Assembly: GCA_965203325.1 (NCBI GenBank)
Contig: OZ241875.1
Coordinates: 2,464,001-2,528,000 of the forward strand
DNA from: a bacterium
GTDB lineage: Bacteria; UBA8248
Reading direction: 5' to 3'
DNA length: 64,000 bases
Part shown: piece after piece, positions 9,842 through 20,810 of the stretch
How the letters are laid out: the number at the start of each line of letters is the position of its first letter
Numbering within the stretch: position 1 is the stretch's first letter
Notes under the pieces: generated by a model
Seen by the model: the letters and a program-made list of their open reading frames with translations, nothing else
What the model was told of the DNA's origin: nothing
The model's database searches: none
Translations under genes and position numbers: made by a program

Positions 9842-10234
9842 ATGTCCATGCCCACCTACGGTTACGATCACTTACACTTCCGAAGCGAGGATCCCCACGC
9901 CGCCAGAAAATTCTGGGAGGAGATGTTCGGCGCGAAGGTGGTGGACGAGGGCGACCTGGGCGGCTCGCCGATTTTCCGCTTCGATCTGAACGGCATGAGC
10001 TTTCTGGTCTCGGGCCGGGCGGAGGGCGAGAACCCCGTGCGCACGACGAGCGACCCGCGCTATGGTCTCGATCATTTCGGCCTCGTCGTCGACGACATGG
10101 AGGGGGCCGAGGCCGACTTGCGCGCGAAAGGAGCCGACTTCATCTGCGATCCGTGGGAGATCGGCCCGGGCACGAAGATCGCCTTCATCAGAGGGCCGGA
10201 CGACATCAGCATCGAGCTCGTCTCGCGCAGCTAG
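9842..10234 (+). CDS. VOC/glyoxalase family protein
   Basis: YDHLHFRS, GLDHFGLVVDD, AFIRGPDDISIELV; GGAGG RBS. Confidence 0.9.
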   Translation: MSMPTYGYDHLHFRSEDPHAARKFWEEMFGAKVVDEGDLGGSPIFRFDLNGMSFLVSGRAEGENPVRTTSDPRYGLDHFGLVVDDMEGAEADLRAKGADFICDPWEIGPGTKIAFIRGPDDISIELVSRS

Positions 10235-10301
10235 GGGGGGTTGCCTGAAGCGGCGAGACGGCGCGAGTGGGGATTCGGGAATTTGCCCGAAAAGCGCAAA
10301 A

Positions 10302-10330
10302 TTGACACTTTTTAGGAACCCTGCTAGCAT
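10302..10330 (+). promoter_or_regulatory. Sigma70 promoter for the sugar ABC operon
   Basis: TTGACA, 17 nt spacer, TAGCAT with TG extended -10. Confidence 0.6.
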
Positions 10331-10609
10331 TTCAGCATACTTGTAAGGTTGGTCGAGGTTGCAAGAGGATTTATCGAACGCCGGAGAGTGGGAAACGCGA
10401 ACCGGTGGTATCGTCGCCTCCAGGGCCTCCGTGCCCCGTTTCGCCTCCTGCCGTGAGAACGCTTCCCTCTCTTCGTCTGCACATCTGAGTGATTCAGGAG
10501 CCCGGCGTAGGGCTTCTTGACTGGTGTTGTGGCTTGGTTCTGCCCCCGAATGGCGGTCGCCCTGCCATAGGGGAGCACGGTTCTCCTGGGCGACGATGGA
10601 GGGTTGACC

Positions 10610-11947
10610 ATGAAAGAACTCGGATTGAGTCGTCGGAAACTCCTTCGCAATGCCGCACTTGGAACGGCCGCCATGGCCTTGCCTGTATCACGGGTGACGC
10701 CCTCGGCGGCGATGGTGAAAACGCTCAACTTCTACAGCTGGACCTACGGCATCAGCTTCGTGAAGCAGCGCATCGCCGAATTCGAGAAGCTCGCCAAGGT
10801 CAAGATCAACTACGGGAACACGCCGGGCAGCAAGTACCACGACGCCCTGGTGGTCAAGTTCACGGGCAACACGCCCCTGGACGTCATCTACATGATCGAC
10901 GGACACCTCGCCGAGTTCGTCGAGGCGGGCTGGCTGTATCCCATCGACGAGTTCCCGCGCGTGGATGAGTACAGGAAGGAGTTTATCGGCCCGACCGCCG
11001 ACGCGCTCACCTACAACGGCAAACTCTACGGCCTGCCCTACTACGTAGGCCACATGGCGTTCCTCTACAACGAGGAGCACCTGGAGAAGGCGGGCATCGG
11101 CGCTCCGCCCAAGACCTGGGACGAAGTGGTCCAGCAGAGCCTCCAGATCAAGAGCAAGGGGATTCAGGAGTATCCCTTCCTGCAGTTCCTGAAAGCCGAC
11201 TTCTGGATGGGCGAGATGCTCTTCACCATGATGTACAGCCGGGGCGGAAGGTTCGTCGACGAGAAATACAACGTCATGGGCTACGACAAACCGGATTCCG
11301 CGGTGGCGCAGTCGATCCAGTGGATCATCGACGCGGCCAAGAAGCACAAGATCACGCAGCCCGGCTTCATGGAGATGAACGAGGTCGCCGCGCTCAAGGC
11401 CTTCAGCAGCGGCACGGGCAGCTTCGCCATCCTGCCGAACTACCGGCTGCGGGCCGCGAACGAGCCCAAGTCCTCGAAGGTGGCCGGCAAGATCAAGATG
11501 GCGCTGATTCCGACCGCCAACAACGCCAAACCACACGTGTGCGGATGGACGCGGTGCTACAGCATGACCGCCTCGGCCGCGAAGGACCCCGCGCGCAAGG
11601 CGATGTCCTGGAAGATGGTGGACTTCCTGGGCGGCAAGGACAAATCGGGCACCTACCGCACGGCGAAGAAGTGGTTCACCGAGTTCGGTCTGGGCTTCGG
11701 CCACGCACCGCTGTTCAAGGACCCCGACATTATCTCAGCCGCGAACAAGTGGGGCGAGGCGAAGCTGTTCGAGAGCCAGATGGCGCTCAGCAAGCCCAAG
11801 GACGGGCAGAAGGCCGTCTGGTACGCCGAGTGGGATCAGTTCATGCGTCCGCGCGTCCACAAGGCGATCCTGGGTCAGGCCGATATTGTCGGCACGCTCA
11901 AGACCCTGACCAAGCAGTGGAACAGACTGAAGAGGCGTTACGGTTAG
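10610..11947 (+). CDS. Carbohydrate-type ABC transporter substrate-binding protein with Tat signal
   Basis: SRRKLLRNAALG twin-arginine signal; YNGKLYGLPYY, YNEEHLEKAGI..PKTWDE. Confidence 0.9.
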   Translation: MKELGLSRRKLLRNAALGTAAMALPVSRVTPSAAMVKTLNFYSWTYGISFVKQRIAEFEKLAKVKINYGNTPGSKYHDALVVKFTGNTPLDVIYMIDGHLAEFVEAGWLYPIDEFPRVDEYRKEFIGPTADALTYNGKLYGLPYYVGHMAFLYNEEHLEKAGIGAPPKTWDEVVQQSLQIKSKGIQEYPFLQFLKADFWMGEMLFTMMYSRGGRFVDEKYNVMGYDKPDSAVAQSIQWIIDAAKKHKITQPGFMEMNEVAALKAFSSGTGSFAILPNYRLRAANEPKSSKVAGKIKMALIPTANNAKPHVCGWTRCYSMTASAAKDPARKAMSWKMVDFLGGKDKSGTYRTAKKWFTEFGLGFGHAPLFKDPDIISAANKWGEAKLFESQMALSKPKDGQKAVWYAEWDQFMRPRVHKAILGQADIVGTLKTLTKQWNRLKRRYG

Positions 11948-11958
11948 ACGTTAGCGGT

Positions 11959-11992
11959 CGCCTCCCCCGGCGGCGCACTGCCGGGGGAGGCG
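11959..11992. terminator. Strong intergenic stem-loop after the SBP gene (mRNA stabiliser or partial terminator)
   Basis: CGCCTCCCCCGGCGG-cgca-CTGCCGGGGGAGGCG; no U-tract. Confidence 0.5.
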
Positions 11993-12007
11993 CGATGGAG
12001 GCTTTCC

Positions 12008-12961
12008 TTGGCGAATATCCTCTCCGTCGAAGGGGCAGAGCCGGCCGCGCAGACGGGCGTGAAGGGCTGGCTCGCCCGGCGCACACAGACAGAAGGCGGC
12101 ATTGCGGCGTTCTTCGTGGGCCCCGCGCTGCTCCTGATGGTGTTGCTCAACATCTATCCCATCCTCCATTCGTTCTACGTCAGCGTCCACGTCTATAACC
12201 TGAAAAGACCCCACAGAAACCCCTTCGTGGGTTTCGAGAACTATGTCATGTTCCTGGAGAGTGAGGATTTCTATAACGCGTTCATCAACACGATCATCTT
12301 CGTCGTGGTGTCGGTGATCGCCGTGGCCATTCTCGGCCTCATCTTCTCCCTCGCGCTCAACGAACTGGGCTCCGGCGTGCGCAAATGGGCGGTGCCGCTC
12401 ATCCTCGTGCCCTGGGCGGTGCCCTACGTGGCGAACGGCCTCATCTGGGAGTGGATCTACCATTCCGACTTCGGGGTGCTGAACGGGCTCCTGGTGGCCC
12501 TGGGTATCATCGACAAGTACCAGACCTGGCTCAGCAACCCCGACCGAGCGCTCTATACCCTCGTGAACGCCTTCGTGTGGAAAGAGGTGCCCCTCGCCAC
12601 CGTCTTGTTCCTGACGGCGCTCCAGGCGATCCCCGAGGACCTCTACAGCGCGGCGAAGGTCGATCAGGCGGGCGCCCCGAGGCGCTTTTGGCACATCACC
12701 CTGCCTGCGCTCAAGCTGGCCTTCCTGCTGGTGCTGGTCTACTCCTCGATCATCTCCATCAAGACCTTCGACCTGGTCTACATACTGACCGAGGGAGGCC
12801 CCGGCGACGCGACCGCGCTCGTCTCCTGGTACACCTACGTCGAGACGTTCCGCAACCTGCAGTTCGGCTCCGGCGCGTCGATTTCCTACGTGATCGCCAT
12901 CGCCACCTTCATCCTGGCGATCGGCTACATCAAGATCCTCTACAGACCGCAGGAGAATTGA
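12008..12961 (+). CDS. Sugar ABC permease (MalF/UgpA-like)
   Basis: FVGFENY, LQAIPEDLYSAAKVDQA EAA motif, LTEGGPG; TTG start after GGAGG. Confidence 0.9.
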   Translation: MANILSVEGAEPAAQTGVKGWLARRTQTEGGIAAFFVGPALLLMVLLNIYPILHSFYVSVHVYNLKRPHRNPFVGFENYVMFLESEDFYNAFINTIIFVVVSVIAVAILGLIFSLALNELGSGVRKWAVPLILVPWAVPYVANGLIWEWIYHSDFGVLNGLLVALGIIDKYQTWLSNPDRALYTLVNAFVWKEVPLATVLFLTALQAIPEDLYSAAKVDQAGAPRRFWHITLPALKLAFLLVLVYSSIISIKTFDLVYILTEGGPGDATALVSWYTYVETFRNLQFGSGASISYVIAIATFILAIGYIKILYRPQEN

Positions 12962-12963
12962 GC

Positions 12964-13902
12964 ATGGCCGCCCCGAGCGTTCCCGACGTCAAGGAGATTC
13001 AGAGATACCGCCAGGCCGCCATCCTGGGGCGGGTCGTTCTCTACCTGATCGTCGCCGTCATGCTCTTCTACGCCATCTCGCCCTTCTACTGGATGCTGAA
13101 CTCGAGCCTTCAGTTCGAAAAGGACGTGGTGTCGGTGCCGCCCAACTGGGTTCCGCCCAAGTTCAACATCGGCAACTACGAGGAGATCATCCTCAGGAAA
13201 CCCGCCGACACGAGCGTCGCGTTCGACAAGAGCATGGCCGGATACTCCACGTTCCCCACGGCCGACGTGCTGCCCTCGATGTGGAACAGCTTCGTCGTGG
13301 CGCTGGGCGTCACGATCATCAACGTCATATTGGGATGCCTGGCGGCGTATGGTTTCGCGCGTCTTTACTTCAAGGGAAAGCAGTCCCTTTTCTACGTCGT
13401 GCTGGCGTCGCGCATCGTGCCCGAGGTGTCGCTGATCGTCCCGTTTTATCTGATGATCCGCGGGCTCGGTCTCCTGGATACCTACATGGGACTCATCGTG
13501 GCCTACATTCCGATATCCCTGCCGCTGGCGATATTCGTGCTGGTCGCCTATTTCGAGACCGTCCCGCAGGAGATCGAGAGCGCCGCCCGCGTGGACGGCT
13601 GCAACCGCTTCCAGACGCTCTGGCGGGTGATCCTGCCGCTTTCGGCGCCCGCGATCGTCACGGCGGCGGTGTTCGTGTTCCTCACGAGCTGGAACGAGTT
13701 CCTCTTCCCGCTCGTGCTGACCCAGACGATGAATACCCGGCCCATCACGGTGACGCTGCTCGATTTCGTCTCCGAGTTTTCGGTGAGCTACGCGCGGATG
13801 AACGCCGCGGGCGTCGCCTGCGTCATCATTCCCGTCGCCCTGGCCCTCATGTTCCAGCGCTACTTCGTGCGCGGGCTGACGGCGGGCGCGGTGAAGGGCT
13901 AG
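12964..13902 (+). CDS. Sugar ABC permease (MalG/UgpE-like)
   Basis: VPQEIESAARVDGC, WNEFLFPL, FQRYFVRGLTAGAVKG. ATG 12964. Confidence 0.92.
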   Translation: MAAPSVPDVKEIQRYRQAAILGRVVLYLIVAVMLFYAISPFYWMLNSSLQFEKDVVSVPPNWVPPKFNIGNYEEIILRKPADTSVAFDKSMAGYSTFPTADVLPSMWNSFVVALGVTIINVILGCLAAYGFARLYFKGKQSLFYVVLASRIVPEVSLIVPFYLMIRGLGLLDTYMGLIVAYIPISLPLAIFVLVAYFETVPQEIESAARVDGCNRFQTLWRVILPLSAPAIVTAAVFVFLTSWNEFLFPLVLTQTMNTRPITVTLLDFVSEFSVSYARMNAAGVACVIIPVALALMFQRYFVRGLTAGAVKG

Positions 13903-13928
13903 CCGGTTTTCCATAGGAGCGAGTGAGA

Positions 13929-15017
13929 ATGGCGAAGGTCGTGCTGGAGAACTTGACCAAGAACTACGGCGACGTGGTCGCGGTCGACAACGTGGACTTG
14001 GAAATCGCCGACGGCAGATTCGTCGTCCTGCTCGGCCCCTCGGGCTGCGGGAAGACCACCATCCTGAACGTGGTCGCAGGCCTGCTCGAACCCACCGAGG
14101 GCGCGATTCTCATCGACGGGGTGGACGTGCGCCACATTCCGGCCCACAAGCGCAACATGGCCATGGTGTTCCAGAGCTACGCCCTCTACCCCCACCTCCG
14201 GGTGCGGGACAACCTGGCCTTCCCGCTCCGGATGATGAAGATGACCAGGGCGGAAATCGACGAGAAGGTCCGCTGGGCGGCCGAGGCGCTGAACATCGAG
14301 GAGCTTCTGGCCCGAAGGCCCCGCGAACTCTCCGGCGGTCAGCGCCAGCGGGTGGCGCTGGGCCGGGCGATCGTCCGCGAACCCTGGGCGTTCCTGATGG
14401 ACGAGCCGCTCTCGAACCTCGACGCCGCGCTCCGGGTCGAGATGCGCGCCGAACTCAAAAAGCTCCACCGTCGCCTCGAGACCACCATGATCTACGTGAC
14501 CCACGATCAGGTGGAAGCCCTGAATATGGCCGATGAGATAGCGCTCATGAAAGACGGCGTGCTCCAGCAGTACGCCTCTCCCTACGCCGTCTACCACGAG
14601 CCGGCGAACACCTTCGTGGCGCAGTTCGTGGGCACGCCGCCCATGAACCTCATCCCCGGTTCGCTGGAGCAGGAAAACGGGAGGCTTTGCTTCCGCTACG
14701 GCAACTTCGCCGTGGAGCCGTCTCCCGAGCAGCGCAAGCGCCTGGAGGAGAAGCAGAGGGAGAAGGTGATCCTGGGGATTCGCCCCGAGGACGTCGTCGT
14801 CGAGGCCGCCGGGGGTGACGGGAACGGCCACCTGAGCAAGGTGCTGCTCCTGGAGCCTTACGGGGCGGATCAGGTTCTGGAACTCGCTTTCGAGGACCTC
14901 TCCATCATGGCGCGCACGCCCTCCACCCTTCGGGTCGACATGGGCGATGAGGCCCGCGTGGGGATGCGCGAGGACAACCTCTTCTTCTTCGACGCAGAGA
15001 CCCAACTGGCCATCTGA
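13929..15017 (+). CDS. Sugar ABC ATPase (MalK/UgpC-like)
   Basis: GPSGCGKT, LSGGQRQR, LMDEPLSNLD, YVTHDQ, C-terminal TOBE region. Confidence 0.95.
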   Translation: MAKVVLENLTKNYGDVVAVDNVDLEIADGRFVVLLGPSGCGKTTILNVVAGLLEPTEGAILIDGVDVRHIPAHKRNMAMVFQSYALYPHLRVRDNLAFPLRMMKMTRAEIDEKVRWAAEALNIEELLARRPRELSGGQRQRVALGRAIVREPWAFLMDEPLSNLDAALRVEMRAELKKLHRRLETTMIYVTHDQVEALNMADEIALMKDGVLQQYASPYAVYHEPANTFVAQFVGTPPMNLIPGSLEQENGRLCFRYGNFAVEPSPEQRKRLEEKQREKVILGIRPEDVVVEAAGGDGNGHLSKVLLLEPYGADQVLELAFEDLSIMARTPSTLRVDMGDEARVGMREDNLFFFDAETQLAI

Positions 15018-15059
15018 GGCTGCGCCGCGGGTTTCATCCCTGCGACACCACTCCCCCTC

Positions 15060-15240
15060 GCTCTGAGTAGTCCTGAGCTTGTCGAAGGACGTATCGAAGG
15101 GCAATCGCGACCGGGAAGGGATTTGGAAAAGTTATCTCTGGTTGGAATTGACCATCGCCGTCATTCCGGCGAAAGCCGGAATGACGTGTGTTGTGATCTC
15201 TCCGGAAGGTTGTCGTAGGGGCGCTTCGTGAAGCGCCCGT
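15060..15240. repeat. Cluster of short palindromic repeats
   Basis: CTGAGCTTGTCGAAGG motif; CGTCATTCCGGCGAAAGCCGGAATGACG (related copy 27773-27823); GTAGGGGCGCTTCGTGAAGCGCCC. Confidence 0.6.
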
Positions 15241-15514
15241 TTCTCCGGCAAGGTAAACGCGAGAGCCGAACGAAATCGACAAAACCTCGCACGGGTGCTA
15301 ACGTAGCGCGCGCGACAGTTTGAAACATCACGAGGCTATAGGACCCAACACCCGTGGAATATCTGCGACCTGTTTTTGCGTCTTTGTACGCCCTTTTTCA
15401 ACCCGTTGTTTTTCCCACAAGTGATCCCGAACGACTCACGCAAGTTTTTTGCGGAGTGATACTCGCTTGTTTTGTAATCTGCCTCGCCTTCGGCTTCTGG
15501 AAGAAGCCAGACCC

Positions 15515-18514
15515 ATGGACGTCTTAGAGACTGAAGTCCGCTTCAGGGTCGAACGAAGCGGGCTGGCGTCGTTCCTGTTCGCAGTCTTGCGTCCACGAGA
15601 CGCCAAGGCTGCTTTCGTGAGCGCGAACTCCCTGAGGCTGATGCACGGGTCCCGATACACGGAAATTCCTATTGGGGACATCGTGTCGGCCAAAGTCGAA
15701 ACCGGGCTACGCTGGTCCGGGATACGCTTTCATCATGCTAAAGGGTGCGCAACCGTGTCGGGGCTATCGCGGGACGACGCTTGGGCGTTCGCCGAAGTGT
15801 TGGAAACCAACAGGGTCTACTGGTGGCGCCGGGTGCTCACGACAGAGATCGCAGCTCTCCATTCGTTAGATGAGCGTCTGCTGCAACTTGTATGTCCGCC
15901 AGAGTACATAGCGCGCAGCGTCTTCCGTAAACTGAGGCGCGATGCAAAGAAGGCGGTGGAACAGTTCTTGGAGCGCTGGCCGAAGGCGCTGTCTAATACT
16001 CCAGAAATTCGACTGCTGAAAAGGGTACAGGATTTTCTGGAAGACCCAGAGCGTATACGGGAGAAAGCGAACAGGGCTTTCGTCGAAAATGAAATGTTCC
16101 GGTTGCGGGAGTTTTTCGACCGGATTGAAGCCAGACCGCTTACCGAAGAACAGCGCCGGGCGGTCGTCATAGATGATGACCGGAACCTGGTGATCGCCGC
16201 TGCCGGCAGCGGCAAGACCTCGGTGATCGTCGCCAAGACCGGCTTGCTTCTCCATAGAGGCGACCGCCGCCCGTCGGAACTGCTGCTCCTGGCATTTGCG
16301 AAAGACGCCCAGAACGAGATGGAAGAACGGGTCCGCAAGCGTATCGGCAACGAAGCGGCGGACGGCATGACCGTCAGGACGTTCCACAGCTTGGGCATGG
16401 CGATTATCGGCGAAGCCGAAGGCAGGCGCCCGGGACTGGCCAAGACGGCTGAAGACCCAAAGGCGCTGCTCGACCTGCTCAAGAGCATTATCACCAATCT
16501 GGCCGAAGAGCGAAAGTTCTTGGGAGCTTTGCTGAAGTGGTTTCAGTCTCAGTTCGCGCCTTACAGGAGTGAGCACGAATTCCAGAGTTATAGTGACTAC
16601 TGGGACTATATCCGGCAACATGATATCCGCTCGCTAAAAGGCGAGAAAGTACGGAGTTACGAGGAATGTGAGATCGCCAACTTCCTCTATCTGAACGGCG
16701 TTCCCTACGAGTACGAACGTGACTATGAGCACGAAACGGCTACGTCGGAAAAGGGGCCATACAGGCCGGATTTCTATCTGACCGAAGCCGGTATCTATAT
16801 TGAGCATTTCGGGCTCGACATTGAGGGAAAGACCGCTCCGTTCGTTCCGCAGAAAGAATATCTCGAGTCGATGGCGTGGAAGCGCGGACTCCACTCTCAA
16901 TGCGGCACCACCCTGATCGAGACTTTCAGCTACGAGCGCGCCGCCGGAAGATTGACCGAGAACCTAGCCGGGAGACTGCGTGCTTACGGCGTATCCCTAT
17001 CTCCCATTCCCAATGATGAGGTCTTCGCCATATTGAATCGGCAGGGACAGGTCGACCCGTTTATCAGCCTTCTGGCGACCTTTCTCAAACACTTCAAGGG
17101 AACGCGGCTGAGTTTCCGTGAGGTTGCCCGGCGGGCCGCCAACCATCGGGACCGCCTGCGGGCCGAAGCCTTCCTCGCCCTGTTCCGGCCAGTCTTCGAG
17201 CGCTACGAGGAAAAGCTCTCCCAATCGGGAGAGATCGATTTCCACGACATGATCGACAGGGCGACGGGCCATGTCGAGGCTGGACGCTACCGCAGCCCCT
17301 TCGGCTATATCCTGGTCGACGAGTTCCAGGACATTTCACCGGACAGGGCAAGGCTGTTGAAGGCGCTGCTGGAGAAGTCGCCAAGCGTGCGGCTGTTCGC
17401 CGTCGGGGACGACTGGCAGGCGATATACCGTTTCGCAGGATCGGACATCGGCATCATGCGGGAGTTTACAGAGCATTTCGGCGGCTACGAACGCATCCCT
17501 CTGGAGACGACCTTCCGCTGCGCGGACCGCATTGCCTCTGTCGCTACCCAATTCGTCCTGCGCAACCCTGCGCAGATATCGAAGAGGGTCGGTTCAGTAC
17601 ACCGGGCGGACAGGCCGCGCGTCCATGTTGGCCTCCCCGGCGAGCAAGGACTCCCTCTGTTGAATGAGGCGCTAGACAAGATCACAAAGGATGCCTCAAA
17701 GTTTGAGGGGAGATCGAGCGTGCTATTATTGGGCCGGTACAGGCACACGCGGCCGCAGAACATGTCCGCTCTGGCAAGGAAGTATCCCGGGCTCGGGATA
17801 TCCTACAAGACCGTGCACAGATCCAAGGGGCTTGAAGCGGATTATGTCGTGGTTCTCGACCTGTGTTCCGGAAAATATGGTTTTCCCACCGAAATCGACG
17901 ACGACCCGCTGCTCGACCTAGTCCTCTCTGTGCCCGAAGGGTACCCGAATGCAGAGGAGCGGCGCCTGTTCTATGTCGCCATCACCCGTGCCAGACGCCG
18001 CGTCTTCCTGCTTGCCGAGAGCGGTCCTCCTTCTCCCTTTGACATAGAACTGTTCGACGGGGAATACGACATCACCGTCTTCGGCTGGTTGCCGGATGGC
18101 GACGTCCCCTGCCCGGTATGCGTTAAGGGACACCTCAGGCAACGCGAAAACAAGCGGAACGGCGGCATCTTCTACGGCTGCTCGAACTACCCCTATTGTG
18201 AGCATACACAGGAATCATGCCCGGCTTGTGGAAAGGGACTACTGGTTAAAGTGGAAGACGCTTTCCGCTGCCGAGAGTGCGGCCAGCCCATCGAGGCTTG
18301 TCCCGAATGCGACGGCTGGCTGCAGCCAAAGGTAGGTCGGCGCGGCTCCTTCCTGGGATGCTCGAATTATCCCAAGTGCAAATACACACGGGACAATACG
18401 AAAGAACAATCACGGAGCAGGATGTCGTCCCGGACGAGCGACTCGGGGACGGCTTCATCGGCAAACATGCGTAGAGAGTTTGGGGAATTGAAAAAGAGAT
18501 ACGACTCGGACTGA
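15515..18514 (+). CDS. UvrD/helicase IV-like SF1 helicase with inserted nuclease-like domain and C-terminal topoisomerase-type Zn ribbons
   Basis: [61 protein letters not shown]...YEYE...RPDFYL....YIEHFG insert; repeated CP.C...FxGCSNYP.C. Confidence 0.9.
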   Translation: MDVLETEVRFRVERSGLASFLFAVLRPRDAKAAFVSANSLRLMHGSRYTEIPIGDIVSAKVETGLRWSGIRFHHAKGCATVSGLSRDDAWAFAEVLETNRVYWWRRVLTTEIAALHSLDERLLQLVCPPEYIARSVFRKLRRDAKKAVEQFLERWPKALSNTPEIRLLKRVQDFLEDPERIREKANRAFVENEMFRLREFFDRIEARPLTEEQRRAVVIDDDRNLVIAAAGSGKTSVIVAKTGLLLHRGDRRPSELLLLAFAKDAQNEMEERVRKRIGNEAADGMTVRTFHSLGMAIIGEAEGRRPGLAKTAEDPKALLDLLKSIITNLAEERKFLGALLKWFQSQFAPYRSEHEFQSYSDYWDYIRQHDIRSLKGEKVRSYEECEIANFLYLNGVPYEYERDYEHETATSEKGPYRPDFYLTEAGIYIEHFGLDIEGKTAPFVPQKEYLESMAWKRGLHSQCGTTLIETFSYERAAGRLTENLAGRLRAYGVSLSPIPNDEVFAILNRQGQVDPFISLLATFLKHFKGTRLSFREVARRAANHRDRLRAEAFLALFRPVFERYEEKLSQSGEIDFHDMIDRATGHVEAGRYRSPFGYILVDEFQDISPDRARLLKALLEKSPSVRLFAVGDDWQAIYRFAGSDIGIMREFTEHFGGYERIPLETTFRCADRIASVATQFVLRNPAQISKRVGSVHRADRPRVHVGLPGEQGLPLLNEALDKITKDASKFEGRSSVLLLGRYRHTRPQNMSALARKYPGLGISYKTVHRSKGLEADYVVVLDLCSGKYGFPTEIDDDPLLDLVLSVPEGYPNAEERRLFYVAITRARRRVFLLAESGPPSPFDIELFDGEYDITVFGWLPDGDVPCPVCVKGHLRQRENKRNGGIFYGCSNYPYCEHTQESCPACGKGLLVKVEDAFRCRECGQPIEACPECDGWLQPKVGRRGSFLGCSNYPKCKYTRDNTKEQSRSRMSSRTSDSGTASSANMRREFGELKKRYDSD

Positions 18515-18696
18515 CGGCCAGCCCCGCCGAACCATCCCTCACCCGACGGATCAGCGCAAGACACCTCATCCTCCCGCTGAAATCCGTAATGACAACGCTG
18601 GCTCCCGAAACGGGAGAAAAAACTATCCGATGCAGAACAGCGATTGACAAGTACCGCTTGACAGATCGACTATCACTGAATGAAGGAGGCCCCAAC

Positions 18697-18990
18697 ATGC
18701 CCATGAAGAATCCGCCGCATCCCGGCAAGGTCGTGCGCGTCTCGTGCCTGGAGCCGCTTGGCTTGAGCGTGACCGAAGGCGCCAAAGTGCTGGGCGTCAG
18801 CCGACAGGCGCTCTCGAACCTGGTGAACGGGCGCGCGCGGGTGTCGTCGGAGATGGCGATACGCCTCGCCAAGGCATTCGGCTCCACGACGGAAACTTGG
18901 ATACGCCTTCAGGCGGCGTACGACATCGCCCGAGCGCTCGAGCGCGAGGATGAAATCGAGGTGGAGCGCTACGAGCCGCAACCGGCGTGA
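18697..18990 (+). CDS. higA: HigA-family antitoxin (HTH-XRE), orphan
   Basis: [56 protein letters not shown]. Confidence 0.92.
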   Translation: MPMKNPPHPGKVVRVSCLEPLGLSVTEGAKVLGVSRQALSNLVNGRARVSSEMAIRLAKAFGSTTETWIRLQAAYDIARALEREDEIEVERYEPQPA

Positions 18991-19029
18991 GGTGAGCCGA
19001 ATCGCCACCCCCGCCTTGCGCCCCCAGGC

Positions 19030-19803
19030 CTAGGTGTAGACTTCCTGGATTCCGAAGTAATCCGGGTTGAAGTTCTCGACGATCTCGACCACCTTGTTCA
19101 CGCAGGCCTCGAAGTACTGGCGGCCCTTCTCCGGCGTGGCCCGGCGCGGGTCGCCGTAGACGCCGTTGTGCACCCGGCTGTCGGGCAGGCGAACGACCGA
19201 GGTCACCCCGTGCATATAGGAGAGCACGAGTTCGGGCTTGTACTCCCAATCGCCCAGGCGGTCGACGTGCACCATGTCCGGGCGGATGTGCATCATGAAG
19301 GCCGTCTCGAATTCGTTCGCGTGGGTGCCCTCGCGGAAGTTCTCGCCGATGGCGTCGCATGTTTCCTTGTCGACCATGAAGTAGCTCCCGGCGACGATGA
19401 GTTTGTCTCCGTCCCTGCCGTAGCGGTCCATGAGCTTGAACATCATGGTCTGGAGCAGGGGCAGGTTGGGATTGTGGCCGTTCAGGAAGAAAATCCGCTT
19501 GAAGCCGTTGCGCACGAGGCTTTCGGTGATTTCGGCGACGCAGGCCATGAAGGTGTCGACCGTGAAGCTGATGGTGCCGGGAAAATTCTCCCAGACCTCC
19601 GAATATCCGTAGGGAAGCGGCGGGGCGACGAGGCAGCCCGTGCGGTCGCCGACCGCTTTCGCGACCTCGAACGCGCTCGATATGTCCACCTGAACCGGCA
19701 GGTGCGGGCCGTGCTGCTCGGTCGAGCCCACGGGCTGGATGATGACGGGGTTTTCGGGAATCAGGTCGCGGATTTCCATCCAGGTCAGGTCGCTCAGCAT
19801 CAT
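19030..19803 (-). CDS. Creatininase/creatinine amidohydrolase family
   Basis: PVGSTEQHGPHLP..D, FLNGH..N, HANEFET, GVYGDP..AT.EKG. Confidence 0.9.
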   Translation of the reverse strand: MMLSDLTWMEIRDLIPENPVIIQPVGSTEQHGPHLPVQVDISSAFEVAKAVGDRTGCLVAPPLPYGYSEVWENFPGTISFTVDTFMACVAEITESLVRNGFKRIFFLNGHNPNLPLLQTMMFKLMDRYGRDGDKLIVAGSYFMVDKETCDAIGENFREGTHANEFETAFMMHIRPDMVHVDRLGDWEYKPELVLSYMHGVTSVVRLPDSRVHNGVYGDPRRATPEKGRQYFEACVNKVVEIVENFNPDYFGIQEVYT

Positions 19804-19832
19804 GGCGTCGTTCCCTCCATAAGGTTTCGGAC

Positions 19833-20345
19833 TCAGCCGGAGACGGCCTCGGCGGGTTCTCCCTCATACATTTTGAACAGGGCCAGATCGAAGCCGTCCG
19901 GATCGTAGAAAATGGCGGCCCGCCAGTAGCGGCCCGGGCCGCGCCACGTCACCTGGGGCGGGGTGGCGAACTGCACGCCCTTGGCCACGAGGTCCTCGTA
20001 GGCGGCGTCCATGTCTTCTGGCTCGAAGGCGATGTGGCTGCTGCCCACGTCGTTCAGCGCCGGCGGATTGTCGTAGGGTTTTCCCTCCTGTTTCAGGAAC
20101 TGGATGAGCTCCACGACCGCGCCTCCCGCCTGGAGCATGACGATGCGGAGCTTGCTCTCCGGCGTGGTCGAGGCGTACTGGATACCCTCCTCGTCGGAGG
20201 AGATGTCCTCCACCACCTTGAAGCCCAGGATGTCGCGGTAAAACGCGATGGACCTTTCGATGTCCGAAACCGTTCTGCTGGAATGGTGCATGGGACCTAT
20301 CATGACGATCTCCCCCCATTGGTCTGAGATAACCTTGCGGGCCAA
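19833..20345 (-). CDS. VOC/glyoxalase (methylmalonyl-CoA epimerase-like) family protein
   Basis: HHSSRTVSDIERSIAFYRDILGF, VELIQF, GSSHIAF, FYDPDG. Confidence 0.85.
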   Translation of the reverse strand: MARKVISDQWGEIVMIGPMHHSSRTVSDIERSIAFYRDILGFKVVEDISSDEEGIQYASTTPESKLRIVMLQAGGAVVELIQFLKQEGKPYDNPPALNDVGSSHIAFEPEDMDAAYEDLVAKGVQFATPPQVTWRGPGRYWRAAIFYDPDGFDLALFKMYEGEPAEAVSG

Positions 20346-20507
20346 CCGTCTTTCGGGATGGCGCCCGTACCGGGAATTTCATGTACGAGATGTGCGGGCA
20401 ATATAGCACAAAAAGGTCAGCGGAGCACGAAACGCCCTTTTGAATGGGGGCTGTTGGAAAGCGTTGATGAACGTGGGTTTGACCCGTCCGATGAAAGGGC
20501 AAGATTC

Positions 20508-20677
20508 ACTCCCCCCTTGAGGGGGAGTCGATGAGGTGAGGGTGTAAACCCGAAACCGAATCGGTGGGGGGAGTTTTTTTCTGTGGCATGTCCCCCCACC
20601 ACATCGCCCTTCGCACAAACCGCTCGGCCTCTGTCGGGCTTTCCCCTCGGGAAGCCCGACCCCCTCAAGGGGGGAGT
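20508..20677. repeat. MITE/REPIN-like element bounded by ACTCCCCC(C)TTGAGGGGGAGT palindromes
   Basis: Related copies at 27588-27736, 33299-33391 (reverse complement of this left half) and a solo palindrome at 31205-31225. Confidence 0.75.
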
Positions 20678-20810
20678 TGATTTGAAATTCTCTGGCGGAG
20701 GGAGTGCTCCGTAGGTGACGTACACTAGGTTTTTCAACAGTCTCAATAACGGAAGACGGCGAGCCTGGGAGCCGGGGAGATTTGCGAAAAAGAATTTGTC
20801 CGAAACCTTC

